NCBI RefSeq assembly: GCF_018977255.1
Contig: NW_024704743.1
Location: 105,278,001 to 105,342,000, forward strand
Source: Callorhinchus milii
Lineage: Eukaryota
Direction of reading: 5' to 3'
DNA: 64,000 bases
This document shows, piece after piece, positions 1 to 11,722 of this stretch. A program made the translations under genes and the position numbers. The first letter of the stretch is position 1. Each line of letters starts with the position of its first letter. A model generated the notes under the pieces. It worked only from the letters and a program-made list of their open reading frames with translations, did not search any database and was not told the DNA's origin.

Positions 1-80
1 AACTCCGAGCTGGGGGGAGGGGGGAGGTGGCCGGAAGCATGGTGGTAGAGGAAAGTTTTCAGAAGGGACTTGAAATAGGG
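1..80 (-). mobile_element. L2 LINE 3' fragment
   Basis: Resembles the 3' region of the L2 copy at 35688-36215. Confidence 0.5.
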
Positions 81-413
81 AAACTATCCCCTGAATAAGC
101 TAAAAAAGCTATTTTCAGAGCTCACCAATGATCCCAATTGACTGGCAATCCAACATGGTGGCACCAATGGCTTTTCAGATGGGCTGGGATGTTATTCAGA
201 GATTGAGAAGGGAAGATATTTTTAAACACATTTTATCAATCTTATCAAATTAACCCAGGTTTTCCAAACTTTTTAAATGAAAAACTTGCTTAAATTTGTG
301 ACCAAAAGCCCTTGAGAAACTGGCCATGCTGATCCAGTCCATATGCTAGCTATTATTGCATGGAAGTTTTGATAGGAAATAGGATTGTAGATTGCCAATC
401 CAAATCCTTTGAA

Positions 414-1214
414 ACAGAATTACATTTACAGAATTACATTTACAGAATTACAGAATTACAGTCTGTCAGGACAGCAGTGGTCCTGGGGTTGAGGGTGGAG
501 GCAGAAAGATAAGAGTTGGGTATCATCCACATACATGTGGAAGTTGACTCCATGTCTGCGGATGATGTCACCAAGGCGGCAGAGAGGTCGAGGAGGACAA
601 GGAGGCAGAGGGAGCCCTGATCACAGATGTTCAAAATGTCATTAGTGACTTTGACAGGGCTGTTTCCGTGCTGTGGGCAGCTCGGTAGCCGAATTGGAGG
701 GGTTCAAAGAGGGAATGGCGAGAGAGAAAGGAGCGGAGCTGGGACATGACGACTCGTCCCAGGACCTTGGAGAGGAATGGGAGGTTAGAGGTGGGGTGGT
801 AGCTGGAGAGGAGTGATGGGTCCCGGGAAGGTTTTTTGAGGATGGGGGTGATGACGGCTGTTTTTAGGGGGTTGGGAACTGAACCCATGGACAGGGAGAG
901 ATTAATGACATCGGACAGGAGGGGACCAGAAAGTGGAGCTGGGAGATGAGGAGATGGATGGGGATCGGATCGAGGGAACAGGTGGTGAGTTTGAGTTTGC
1001 GAACAGTCGTTGTTAGGGCGGAGGGAGAGATAGGGTCGAAAGAGAATAGGGGGGGGATGGGTGGGGAGTGGGTCATGAGGGAGAGGTGATATGGGGGTGG
1101 CTGTGGATGGGGGTGAGGTGGCCTTCGACACTGTCGACCACTCCAACCTCATACACCGCCTCTCCTCTTTACTCAATCTTCATGGATCTGCCCTTGCCTG
1201 GTTCGATTCCTATC
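414..1214 (-). mobile_element. Rearranged L2 LINE fragment (RT region); a + strand RT piece lies at 1121-1214
   Basis: ORF remnants [33 protein letters not shown] and [10 protein letters not shown]; tail-like repeats at 414-461. Confidence 0.85.
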
Positions 1215-1344
1215 CCCTCGATTTTAGAAACTGGCAGGAAAGCTGAAAGCAAACAGAAAGAAGGGGTAAAGTAATCGTAGAAGTGAGAGGAGAAATGGTG
1301 GTGGAGATGAGAAGAGAAGTGAAAGCAGAGGGAGGGAGGAAAAG

Positions 1345-4300
1345 GTGAAAGGAGAGAAAAGTGGGTCTGAGAAAGTGATAAGGAAAAGACAGAAAGAGGA
1401 GAAAAGGGAGAAAGTTCCTATGAAGCAAAGTGGGAAAACAGCAGAGAAGGATATAGTGAGGAGTGGAAATAAAATGGTGAGGGCTGAGATGATCATCGAA
1501 CCCAAAACTGCACGGAAAGCAGAAAAGCTGGGAAGGAGAACAGTGAAGGTGAAGCTGGGGTGGTGGAGAGGAGAGGAACACTCGGAGAAAGTGTCCTGGA
1601 GATCAATGAGAGCAGAGGGAAAAGCAGAAAGGAGAGAATCCCTACCAGAGAGCAGAAGGTGCTCTTTTTCAGAGAGGCACTGTGAGGAGGTGCTTAATAC
1701 AAGGGAGATAAATGAGGTTGGGATCTGGACATTCAAATGGGAGGTGCGGCTGAAGATACACCGAAGCAATAAGGGGAATGTTGCTCACATCCCCTCCTGA
1801 TTTAACATTGGGAGCTTCAGGGGCACCCAGTATTATCCTGGACAGCCCCTAGCGTGCCTGAGGTGCGGACAGGTGGGGCACTACGTTGCAACCTGCACAC
1901 AGACTGTGTGTTGAAACTGAAAAAGTTTCGGCCATTTGACAAAAGACTGCCCTATGGGAAAAAGGAGTGACTTGTGCGGGAAAATGGGACACCTATACTG
2001 TACTTGCCCAAGGAGGAGTGGACAGAAACAAGTCCTGACCCGTCATCCCGGAAACTAGGCGAGGTAGCAGGTGATGGAGGAAAAGCAGGCCGTCGCACAA
2101 GGAGGGCCTCAACAGGAAGCAAAGAAAAAAGGACAGCAGCAAGATGCGGAGGTCATGCTGCTCGTGGAGGATATTTTGATACCCAGGCAGGCGAACATGG
2201 AGTCGTCTTTGGACACTATCTCCTCCGGGGAAAAAATAGACTCAAGTGAGGCAAAGGAAATGAGGAAGAGATGTAGGTCACATACCACCGATTACCAAAA
2301 CCTCAAAGCCAAACAAAAGGTGTCTGGATAATGAGGGACAGTGGTGGGTGGCCTGCAAAAGGGCACCGGTGAAAAGGAAGGAAAAAAAGAAGAGGCTGAA
2401 AACCCCAATCAAGGAGAAGGAGACGCAGATTGCGGACAGTGACGATTTGGAGAAGACAGCGCAAGAGAAAGAAAAGGCGGAACCCCCCCAAAAGCATGGA
2501 CATCTGGGCAAGGTTTCTGCCACATCCAACCCCCAACAAAGTGAGACTAAAACTGTGAAGGGGACTGGAGATGGAGGAAATAAGAGAAAGGAGAAAACCC
2601 CCAGACTACATGGGAAATTGGGGGAGTCTTCTGCCAGCTCCTCCAACATCATTGAGACAAAAAAACTGGCAGGGGACTGGAGATGGGGAGACCATGGAAT
2701 AATGGGAAACAACAGGAAAGCATGGAATTTTGGTCAATGGTCCAGATAGCTCCTCCAAAGCCATTAGGAATAGAACCGGGCAGGAGACTGGAAAAGAAGG
2801 GGACAAGGTGGTAAGTAAAGTAGTGGTCTTTCTATGGACTCTCTGTGTGACCCGGGGGTAATGACAACAGTAGCCCTGGAGTGGCGGTCTTACTGCGGGA
2901 GAAGAACCTCACCATCACTGACCGTTAGGAGGTTTTTTGGGGGAATACTTCTGGTGGTGGATGCACTCTATAATGGAGCTCCGTTCAGGCTTGTTAATGT
3001 ATACGCCCCGACAGGGAAGAACGAACATCTGGCTCTGTTCCAGATCTCTCCCCGCTGTTGGTCATATCCAGACCAGTCATCCTAGGAGGGGATTTCAATT
3101 GTATATTGCAGGCAGATGGGAGATCTACCAGGTCTGATGGGAAAATGGACGTCACGTCCAAGCTGCTCCAAAGAGTGGTGATGGACGTGCATTTGAGTGA
3201 CATTTTCAAGCCCCTACGGACAGCACACCAAAGCAATTTACCTTTGCCAAATGGGTCGTTTATTTCGCACATAGATTTCCTGTTCGTTTCGAGAGGTAAA
3301 GCGTACAGATGTCCAGCTGGTGTTCTTTACTGACCACTGCCTCCTGCTGGCTAACCTGCAAGTTCGGGAAAGCCGGAGGACCGGTAAGGGGACGTGGAAA
3401 TTGAACGTGAAATTAATAACCCAGGAAAATGTTGAGGATTTGCAGGAGTATCGAGGATGGAAATCCTTAAGGGATTTCTGCAACTCCTGAACTGAATGGA
3501 GGGGAAATGGTTAAGTTAAGAATTAAGATATTCTTTGTCCAGTAAGAAGTAAGGGTGGCTAGAGATAGGTAAAGCAAAATGGCCAGACTCCAGGGCCTCC
3601 AGCGACAGCAAGTTGAAGGTACAGAGGTTAGCGATGAATTCGAGGAGATGGGAGGCCAGCAAACCTTGCATCTTGGTTCCGAGGCTTCCAAGGTGATTTG
3701 GGAACAGAACTCGGCAGAGACATGATGCACAAGACTCCAGATAAGGGAGGTGAGGGCTTTCCAGGCTTAGTACGGATTTTCATCACTACTTTCGTGTGCA
3801 GCTGCGTGAGGATATGCCTGGAGCCCCACAATGCGGGCTCTGTGTATTGCTACATGTTGGGCTTCTATCTGTGCCCAGTGTTAAGAAGAATGGAGCTGAC
3901 GGACACATCGCAGAACACTCCTTTCTGTTGGAGCATCCCTGGGGTATTTAGCCGAAATAGAGAAACTCCTATCGAGGAACACTGTGGACCCCCGTGGGAT
4001 TATTAAGTGCTCATACATTCAATTATAACATTGAGGCTTAACTATGCAAACTCATTGCTTGCCGACTTCCCCAACTGCTCCCTCGACAGGCTGCAGATCA
4101 TCCAGAACTCTGTATCCCATGTCCTCTCCCACACTAGGCTCCATGACCCTATCACCCCCATTCTCACCCAACTCCAATGGCTTCCCATCACACAGAGGAT
4201 ACAGTTCAAGATCCTGGTGCTCACCTTCAAAGATCTCCATGACCTTTCTCCCCCTACCATCCTGCCCGATCCCTACGCTCAGTAGGCTCCGGCCTGCTTT

Positions 4301-5400
4301 ATATCCCCCACCTTGCTCACCCCGCCATTGGCGGGCAGGCCTTCCTCCATTCTGCCTCCACCCTCTGGAACTCCATCCCACAGTCCCTCCCCCTCGCCCT
4401 CTCCCTTGCTTCCTTCAAGACCCATCTTAAGACCCACCTCTTCAACCATGCTTTTGATCATCCTCCTTCCCCCCCAGCCCTCCACCCACCCCTATCATGA
4501 ACCCCAGCTCGGATCCGAAACACTAAAGGTCCTCCCGACGTGAAAGGCGCTTTACAAATATAATTTTGTTGTTGTTGTTGGTCAGCACGGGAAGTGATAA
4601 ACATCATCCGAGAGAGGGAGGTAAGGGACCTGATAGTCGGGTACCATTCAGCGACGGTCAGCCAGATGTGAGAGAACGGCCCAACAAACACCAGGACATG
4701 GCCTGGCTGGCAGTCAAAAGAGCCCTCCCCCTCCCAGGATTTTATGCATGTAGAGGCTAGGACCCGACTGCACTCTGCCCTCAGGAGAGTTGAGGAAGTA
4801 AGGAGAGTGTGGAGCACCTCTTCCTGCAGTGCACATAGGCCAAGGAGGTGTGGAAAAGTACACAGTGGCTACTCTTGGGTTTGATCCCAGGAGTTCTGCT
4901 GTCATGGCACCCTGTGCTATATGGCCTCTTCCCGGGGACGCATGGAGAGACCAACAACGAATGTGCTTGGAAGGTCATAAACTCGGTGAAGGAAGCCCCT
5001 TTGCGACTGCCAAAACTGGATGGTCTCCAGGCATGGAGAAGAGTTGCTAAAGGCCTGCTACAGATGAATGCAGATGAGAGTCAGGGAGTATGTAATGAGG
5101 GACGCGCTGAAGCTAGGTTCGGCCGAGATGAAGGCCAGATGGGGCCGGCCAGAGTAACTCCATGATGGGTGCACTCGTGTCCATGCCATCGCCCCATACA
5201 GTGGGGTACCTATATTCAGGGAAGGTTTGTAGAGAGCGATACTAAGAGTTGTCAGTATTTGATCCATGTCTCTATAAAGAGTTCTACTGTACCCACCAAT
5301 GGGTGCTCCACCCATGCTCTCAGACAGAAAACTGCTCTGTATACTATTAAAATTTGTCACCCTTGTGGTATTGTTTTGAATTTTTCCCATTCTTCAAAAC
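1345..5400 (+). mobile_element. Degenerate Tx1-like non-LTR retrotransposon: ORF1 with three CCHC knuckles, APE endonuclease and C-terminal zinc finger; RT domain deleted; interrupted by an L2
   Basis: ORF1 reads GIWTFKWEVRL...YYPGQPLACLRCGQVGHYVATC...(C*N*)KSFGHLTKDC...DLCGKMGHLYCTC at 1720-2010. Endonuclease motifs LVNVYAP, ILGGDFNC, IDFLFVS, TDH and GTWKLN at 2990-3410. C-terminal NKHQDMAWLAVKRALP and YGLFPGTH at 4680-5000. Both ends are approximate. Confidence 0.82.
4007..4580 (+). mobile_element. 5'-truncated L2 LINE nested in the Tx1-like element
   Basis: RLNYANSLL...LQWLPITQRIQFKILVLTFK; 3' stem-loop remnant and (TTG)n tail. Confidence 0.9.
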
Positions 5401-5735
5401 TCACTGTATCCAGGGCTGACTTGGAGCTAAAGACTCACTGGTTAATGTGCCTAGTCATTATAGAGGATCTCTACCGAGACCTTAACAGATAAAATTGACC
5501 ATCATATTAAAAATGTTAACATTGGAATCCGCGAGATTGAGGACGAGTGCTAAATAGTCTATTTGTTTGACTCTTTATACACATTGTTCCTGAAAGTAGC
5601 AAGAATGTCATGACCTGTGGTTTTCATTCCAAAAGGGAAAGGGACTTGCATAACCATTGCTTCAAAGCCATATATTTCAATTACACTTATGCCTTGCACA
5701 GGTCTACATAATATGCAGCGTATATTGTGTATATC

Positions 5736-6046
5736 GAGTCCTGTAGCTCAGTGGTTAGAGCACTCGCTTTGCAAGTGAGAGACCTGAGTTCAATTCCAGG
5801 CAGGGCGAAACCTTGGGCAAGTTTCCTTACTCCACACGCCCAATAATAATCCCTCCAAAACCAAAAACAATAATAAATTGGTCATTTTCAATCTACAACT
5901 GTTTGCGGGACATTGCTGTGCGCAATTGGCTGCCGCATTCACCCACAAATATACAGTCAATTCACTTTACAGTATATTCTGTGAAGCGCTTTGAGACGTC
6001 TAGAAGACGTGAAAAGCGCAATATCAAATGGAAGGATTATTATTTT
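5736..6046 (+). mobile_element. tRNA(Ala)-headed SINE with L2-like tail, internally deleted subfamily
   Basis: A box TAGCTCAGTGG, B box GAGTTCAATTCC, DeuSINE-like TGCTGTGCGCAATTGGCTGCC, (ATT)n tail. Confidence 0.9.
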
Positions 6047-6817
6047 ATATAAGGCAAAACAGGTATTTTTTCTTCTTTTCAAATTGTCTAATCTTTCTGG
6101 AATAGTTTACATCACATTTTACCAGTAAAAATATTCAATATATATCATGGCCCAACCTTTATACACTAGGAGTCACTGTTAGAGTTAGATTACCTTATTT
6201 GTTCAGTATTCAATGTTGGTTATGTCTGAGTTGAAAAAATGTTGTGAAGCAGATATTACTAACTGGTTCTTTTTATTGCAATGAATCACTTTTTCTGATT
6301 CCATCACTACACTATTCGACATAACAGTTGCTTACGTTAAAATACTGAACAAATTAGGTAATCTCATGGAACAGTAACAGTATAAAGGGATTAATGTGTT
6401 GCACGTTAAAAAATTTTGCTTGTAGAAATGGATATTCAGTAATGGAGAGCTAACTAGCCAATTTGAGTAGGAGGTAAATTTAAACGTCATAAATTTTATT
6501 TGTCAAGGTTACTATGACCACAGTCTATTCCAGCTGAAGTATGCTTGTAGACATATTTTTAATATTTACATTTTGGAGTTTTATTGGTTTGGATAGTATC
6601 AGTGGATATGCAAATAGTCAGCAACAAGCTACGGGGAAATTTGCAGTACCAAGTTGTGATAACACACATTTCCCCTCAAGTCCTTAATTACCCTCTCAGT
6701 AAAGAAAATCTTCCTGGTATATGTCCTGAAATTGTCCTTTGCAACTCTAAGCCTACCTCCTCTTGATAGCCTGATAACCTTTTTTCCTGGGGAGGGGGTG
6801 GCGGGGGGTTAGTGATA

Positions 6818-7181
6818 TAATGATAATAATCCTTACATTTGATTTTGCGCCTTATTACATCTTCAAGACCTCTCAAAGCGCTTCAAGGAATATACTGTAA
6901 GTGAATTGACTGTATATTTTGTGAGCAAAACGCAGAGGCCAATTGTGCACAGCAATGTCCCACAAACAGTCGTAGATTGAAATCACCATTTTTTTTAAAA
7001 GAAATTATTATCCCCAGAAAAGCAATTTGCCAATCGACTAACAACCTGGTTCCCACTTACAGCTATGTAAACAGAAGCGAGTGAAGTAAGGAAACTTACC
7101 CAATGAATTGCCTTGCTGGGAATCGCAACCAGGTCACTCGCTTGTGAAGCGAGTACTCTAACCACTGAGCTACAGGACTCC
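6818..7181 (-). mobile_element. Same SINE family, full-length type
   Basis: Head ends at ...agctacaggactcc; tail ataataatccttacattt. Confidence 0.88.
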
Positions 7182-7185
7182 AAGA

Positions 7186-7850
7186 AGGATTTCCCTGGAA
7201 CTGGATTGGCTCTAAGGTGATTGGCAATGGAATCTCTGCACGTGTGGGCGACTCCCCAGTTCGGAGTCAGGCTCTGCCACTGTTAAGTGCTCTTGAGTTG
7301 CTACCATACATGGAGGGCGCTATATAAGTGCAAGTTGTTGTTGTTGTTGGCTGCATAAATGGAATGTCGGAAATAATTTAATCCTCTGGGGTGGTTTTGG
7401 TAGATCAGTTCCAAAGCCAGATGCAAAATTCAGTTCCAAAGCCAGATGCATCTGCAGTACTTCAGGGAACCGCTGATAACTGACCAGCCAGCTTGGCTCA
7501 TTGATGGGACTTGGAGGGGTAGACAACCTGGAGGTAGAGATTTTTCCTTCCTGTTAACCCTGCAAGCCAAAGCTTAATGGGTCAGATGGTATTGGACAAG
7601 CAGCAGGAAACTTGCCAGACAGTGCTTTCAATGGTAAGCTATGTGGTTTTAGCTGGTTAGACTTCAGCAGTACCCCTCTGTTTGAGGGTCCCCAAATCTT
7701 GGCTCTTGCCAACCTATGCCTAGTCATCTCCAGATTATGTAAATAGGTGCATCCTTCTGTAGAGAGTGCACATTCTTTGACTCTGACCGGTTTCAGTACT
7801 CTTAAGCATGGTCATGGCCATTTGTCAGACCCAGTTGACCAAAACAAAAT
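7186..7850. repeat. Unidentified old dispersed repeat, copy 1; interrupted by an L2 tail at about 7255-7349
   Basis: Colinear similarity to 11172-11722 and 29672-30026. Confidence 0.6.
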
Positions 7851-7899
7851 GCTCTTGTTCTACTGTCTTAGTGCAACCTAAAGTGTTGTTCTGGTTTCA

Positions 7900-8130
7900 C
7901 TATTTCAATGCCATTTAAGATTTTATACATCTCTATAAAGTTCCCACTAAGATGTCTTCTCTCAAAACTGAAGAGACCTATCTTGACTAATTGTTGCTCA
8001 CAGCTCATTCATCTACCACAAAGAATCATCTTCCCTGCCTCTAGTGACTGGGCAACCCCCTTATGTTCTGGTGACCAGAATAATCTACTATATTCTAGGT
8101 GATTCTTGACCAGAGCACTATATAGCTTGA
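7900..8130 (-). mobile_element. CR1 LINE fragment
   Basis: LYSALVKNHLEYSRLFWSP motif. Confidence 0.7.
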
Positions 8131-8136
8131 GTAATA

Positions 8137-10530
8137 AAATTAAATGTGTATCATGCTTCTCACGTTGGGAGGACTTCCCAAGGTGAAAGGAGTGATACAC
8201 ATTTAATTTCCCAAGGCATTGGACAGTCAGAGATTTGGACCTGAGCAGGGGGGGTGGGTTCAGGGAGGGGGGAGGGCAGAGAGGATAGGAGGGTGGCCGA
8301 AGGCACTGTGGAAGAAGAGGGTCTTAGACATTTCTCAAAGGAGGTAAGGAATGGAGGCAAAGGGAATGTGGGATAGAGTTCCAAAGGGCAGGGGTGGAGA
8401 TGCTGAAGGCCCGACCGCCAATGGCGGGGAACGTGGAGACTGCTGAGCTGAGGGAGCGGACAGGTTGATGAGGGATTAACAGAACACAGAGGGAGGAAGG
8501 GGCAAGGCGGTGGAGGGCCTTGAAAGTGAGGTTGAGAATTTTGAACTCTATCCTCTGAGTGATGGGGGCGGGTCAGTGGAGTTGGACAAGGGTGGGGATG
8601 ATGGGGTTAAGGAGACTGGTGTGGGAGAGGATGTGAGATGCAGAGTTCTGGATGATCTGCAGCTTGTGGAGGGAAGAGTTGGGAAGGCCGACAAGCAAGG
8701 AGTTGGTGTAGTTGAGCCTAGATGAGATGACCATGTGAATGATGGTTTCAGCAGTCTGAGGGGTGAGCCAGTGGCGGAGCCGGGTGATGTTGCAAAGGTG
8801 GGGGGAGGCAGAGCAGATCATGGCAAGGATGTGGGGGAGAAAGGCCAGTTAAGGATCAAACAAAGGTTCCAAGGTTCCTGTCCGCCTCAGTGAGATGGAG
8901 TGTGCATCCATGGATGGTGATGCTGCCAGTGACTGAGGTGTGGAAGCACTGATGGGAGCCAATTAGGAGAGCCACAGTCTTGTTGACGTTCAACTATAAG
9001 AAGTTAGCTCTCATCCAGGACTCTATGTCTGACAGACATTCTGTGAGGACAGCAGTAGTCCTGGAGTCGAGGATGGAGGCAGAGTAATAGAGTTGGGTGT
9101 CATCCGCATACATGTGGAAGTTGACCGCACATCTTTGGATGATGTCACCAAGAGGGAACATGTACAAGTTGGAGAGGAGAGGACCAAGGACAGAGCCCAG
9201 AGGAACACCGCAAGAGATGGTGCGGGGGCTGGAGGAAAATCCGTCTGTGGAGACAAAGTGGAGATGGTGTGAGAGGTAGGATCTGAAGCATTCAAGAATA
9301 AACCATGATGGTTGAGGTGAGAGGAGAGGTGGTAGAGGATGATAGAGTGGTCAATAGTGGACAGCACAGAAACCCAAATGGAGGGGGTCATATAGGAAGT
9401 GGTGGAAGAGGAAGGAGCGAAGCTGGGAAGCAACGACTCCTCGTTCAAGGACCTTGGAAAGGAAAAAGAGGTTGGAGATGGGGCAGTAATTTGAGAGCAC
9501 GGATGGGTCCAGGGAGGACTTTTTTTGAAGGTAGGGATGATGACGGCTGTTTTTAAAGGGGTGGGAATGGTGCCAGAGGATAGGGAGAGGTTGATGAGGT
9601 CTGTGAGTAGAAGGGCATGGAGGTGGAGCTGGGAGGTAAGAAGAGGGAGCAGATAGTGGGTTTCATGTGGGTTTCAATACCTCACTCCAAAAGCCGTCGA
9701 AACCTTAGTCCATGCCTTTGTCACCTCTTGGCTGGACTATTCAAATACCCTCCTCGTCGATCTCCCCTCCACTACCATTCATAAAATCCAGGTCATACAA
9801 AACTCTGCCGCCCGCATTCTTACCCGTACCAAACTCTGCTCCCCGATTACCTCAGTCCTTGCCAGACTGCACTGGCTGCCTGTCCCAGAGAGGATCGACT
9901 TCAAGATCCTCATCCTTGTCTTCAAATCCCTTCACTCCTCTGCAACCCCCCATCTCTCTGACCTCTTCTCTCCTTACAACAGTGCCCATTGCCTTCGCTC
10001 CACCGTGTCTGGCCTCCTCCTTGTGCCACGAGTACTCCACTCCACCATCGGCAGCCGTGCCTTCAGCCACTACGCCCCAAGGCTCTGGAACTCCCTTCCT
10101 CACTCCTTTCGCCTCGCGCCCTCTCCTCCTATTTTCAGGTCTCGGCTGAAAATCTTTCTTTTCGATCGCGCCTTTGGTTACCTTCCTCCCCCTCCCCCTG
10201 GCTCAGCCCCGGGATCCGTTACTGTGAAGCGCTCTGAGATGCTGTCTGACATGGAGAGTGCTATATAAATCCAGTTGTTGTTGCTGGTTATAATGTTGGT
10301 GAAAGAGGAGGGGGAGACAAGTTCAAAGGTGTGGAAGGAGGGATAGATAGGGCCTGGAGTGTGAGGGGGAGATGGGAACGCTTAGTGGTTGGAAATGTAG
10401 AGGCAACTGAGCAGATCCCCTCAATTTTGGTCTCAATAAAGTCAAGCTTCGCCTCACAGTTGGCATTGGAGAAGATGGGCAAGGCATGAGAGGGTGGGCA
10501 GAGGAGCTGGTTGGAGCACCTATCTGGGGA
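8137..10530 (-). mobile_element. L2 LINE with internal deletions, interrupted by an opposite-strand L2 at about 9620-10288
   Basis: Tail near 8150-8220; ORF2 remnants SRLNYTNSLL and [10 protein letters not shown]; upstream part resumes at 10290-10530 (FIETKIEGI). Confidence 0.82.
9620..10288 (+). mobile_element. 5'-truncated L2 LINE, second subfamily
   Basis: LHWLPVPERIDFKILILVFK; RAFSHYAPRLWNSLP; (GTT)n tail. Confidence 0.9.
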
Positions 10531-10740
10531 TGTGAACTCAACTGACTTAAAAATATATCTAGCACCCTGGTTTGCTTTCTTTATTGCTGCCTCACACTGT
10601 TTCGACATGGTGAACAATGAGCCAACAAAGACTCCAAGATTCCTATAGCATTGTGTGCCAGAGAAAGTTGATCCAGTAAAATATGCTGTTGACATAGAAG
10701 CATAGGAATTTACAAAATGAGAAAGCACCATTGGTGCCCT
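10530..10740 (-). mobile_element. CR1 LINE fragment
   Basis: RNLGVFV...MSKQCEAAIKKAN motif. Confidence 0.65.
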
Positions 10741-11171
10741 TCCAGGTCATCTCAGAGTTAGACATTTTCCATATACAGATATGTATATCTGTCCAAAGAG
10801 TAGTAAAGAAATTAAGCTATACATGTTGATGGCTTTCAAGTTCAAAGCCACCTGGGCTGGGCAACTGAGAATTCTTTACCAAATTTTCCCTTAACATGAA
10901 AACATATCCAATGATACAATCATAAACCTGGTGAAGCTCAATGCCATACTAGGTGCTATGGTGCTGAATTGTTTAAACTCGCAAGCTTTTGGGATCACAT
11001 TGCTCAGGCTATTAGGTTTAAAAAAAAGTGACAGGAAGGAACGTTGTTAAAGTTTAAAATGCAGCTTGCAGATGTAACTGTTTAGTTATGCATGGCAGCT
11101 ATGAGTCGAAATGGCGGGTAGTGTTTGCATGGGAAGAACGTGACTATTCTGGGGAGAGGGAGGAAGCTAAG

Positions 11172-11722
11172 TGGGGTCCCCTTGAAGCTGAGCTCGTTCC
11201 AGAGTCACGTACTTGGCAACTGAATGTCAGAATTGAGTCAATCTTCTCTGGCGGTCTCAATAGTCTGGATGCACAGTACTCTTGGGCACTGCTGATGGCA
11301 GGCCAGCCAGCATGGCTCTTTGGTAGGGGTTCGAGGAGTGGATTGGTTACTTGGGGTGGGATCCACATGACTTTAAGAGTCAGCTCCTGTTAACTCTGAA
11401 ATCCAAAAGCCTTAATGCGAAGGGTGGTCCTAGCTGGGCAAACAGTGGGAAGCTTGCCAGCAATGCTCTCAAAAGCAAGCTACTGTGGCTTTTTGCTAGT
11501 TAAACTCCAGCAGTACCCCACAACACTAAACAAGATCCCAAATCTTGGCTCTTACTAACCTCTCTGGAATTGGTTAAGAAGTATGCAACCCTCTCTGGAG
11601 AATATATGTCAGTCACAGTGACATTTTCATGAGATGGTAGCACACATCTATGGAACTCTGTCTGGTTCAATACTCTTAAGCATAGTGATGTGTTTCAGCA
11701 CTTGTCAAGACAACTGGCTCTG
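11172..11722. repeat. Unidentified old dispersed repeat, copy 2
   Basis: Shared blocks such as gctgatggca.cccagcca, gtggtcctagctgg, ctccagcagtacccc, cccaaatcttggctctt and tactcttaagcat. Confidence 0.6.

Noticed and set aside
414..461. CRISPR-like repeat array
   Set aside because: No spacers, eukaryotic context, and the unit derives from the L2 tail.
1210..1769. Hydrophobic Phe/Leu/Ser-rich minus-strand ORFs
   Set aside because: Artefact of the purine-rich + strand of the Tx1-like ORF1 region.
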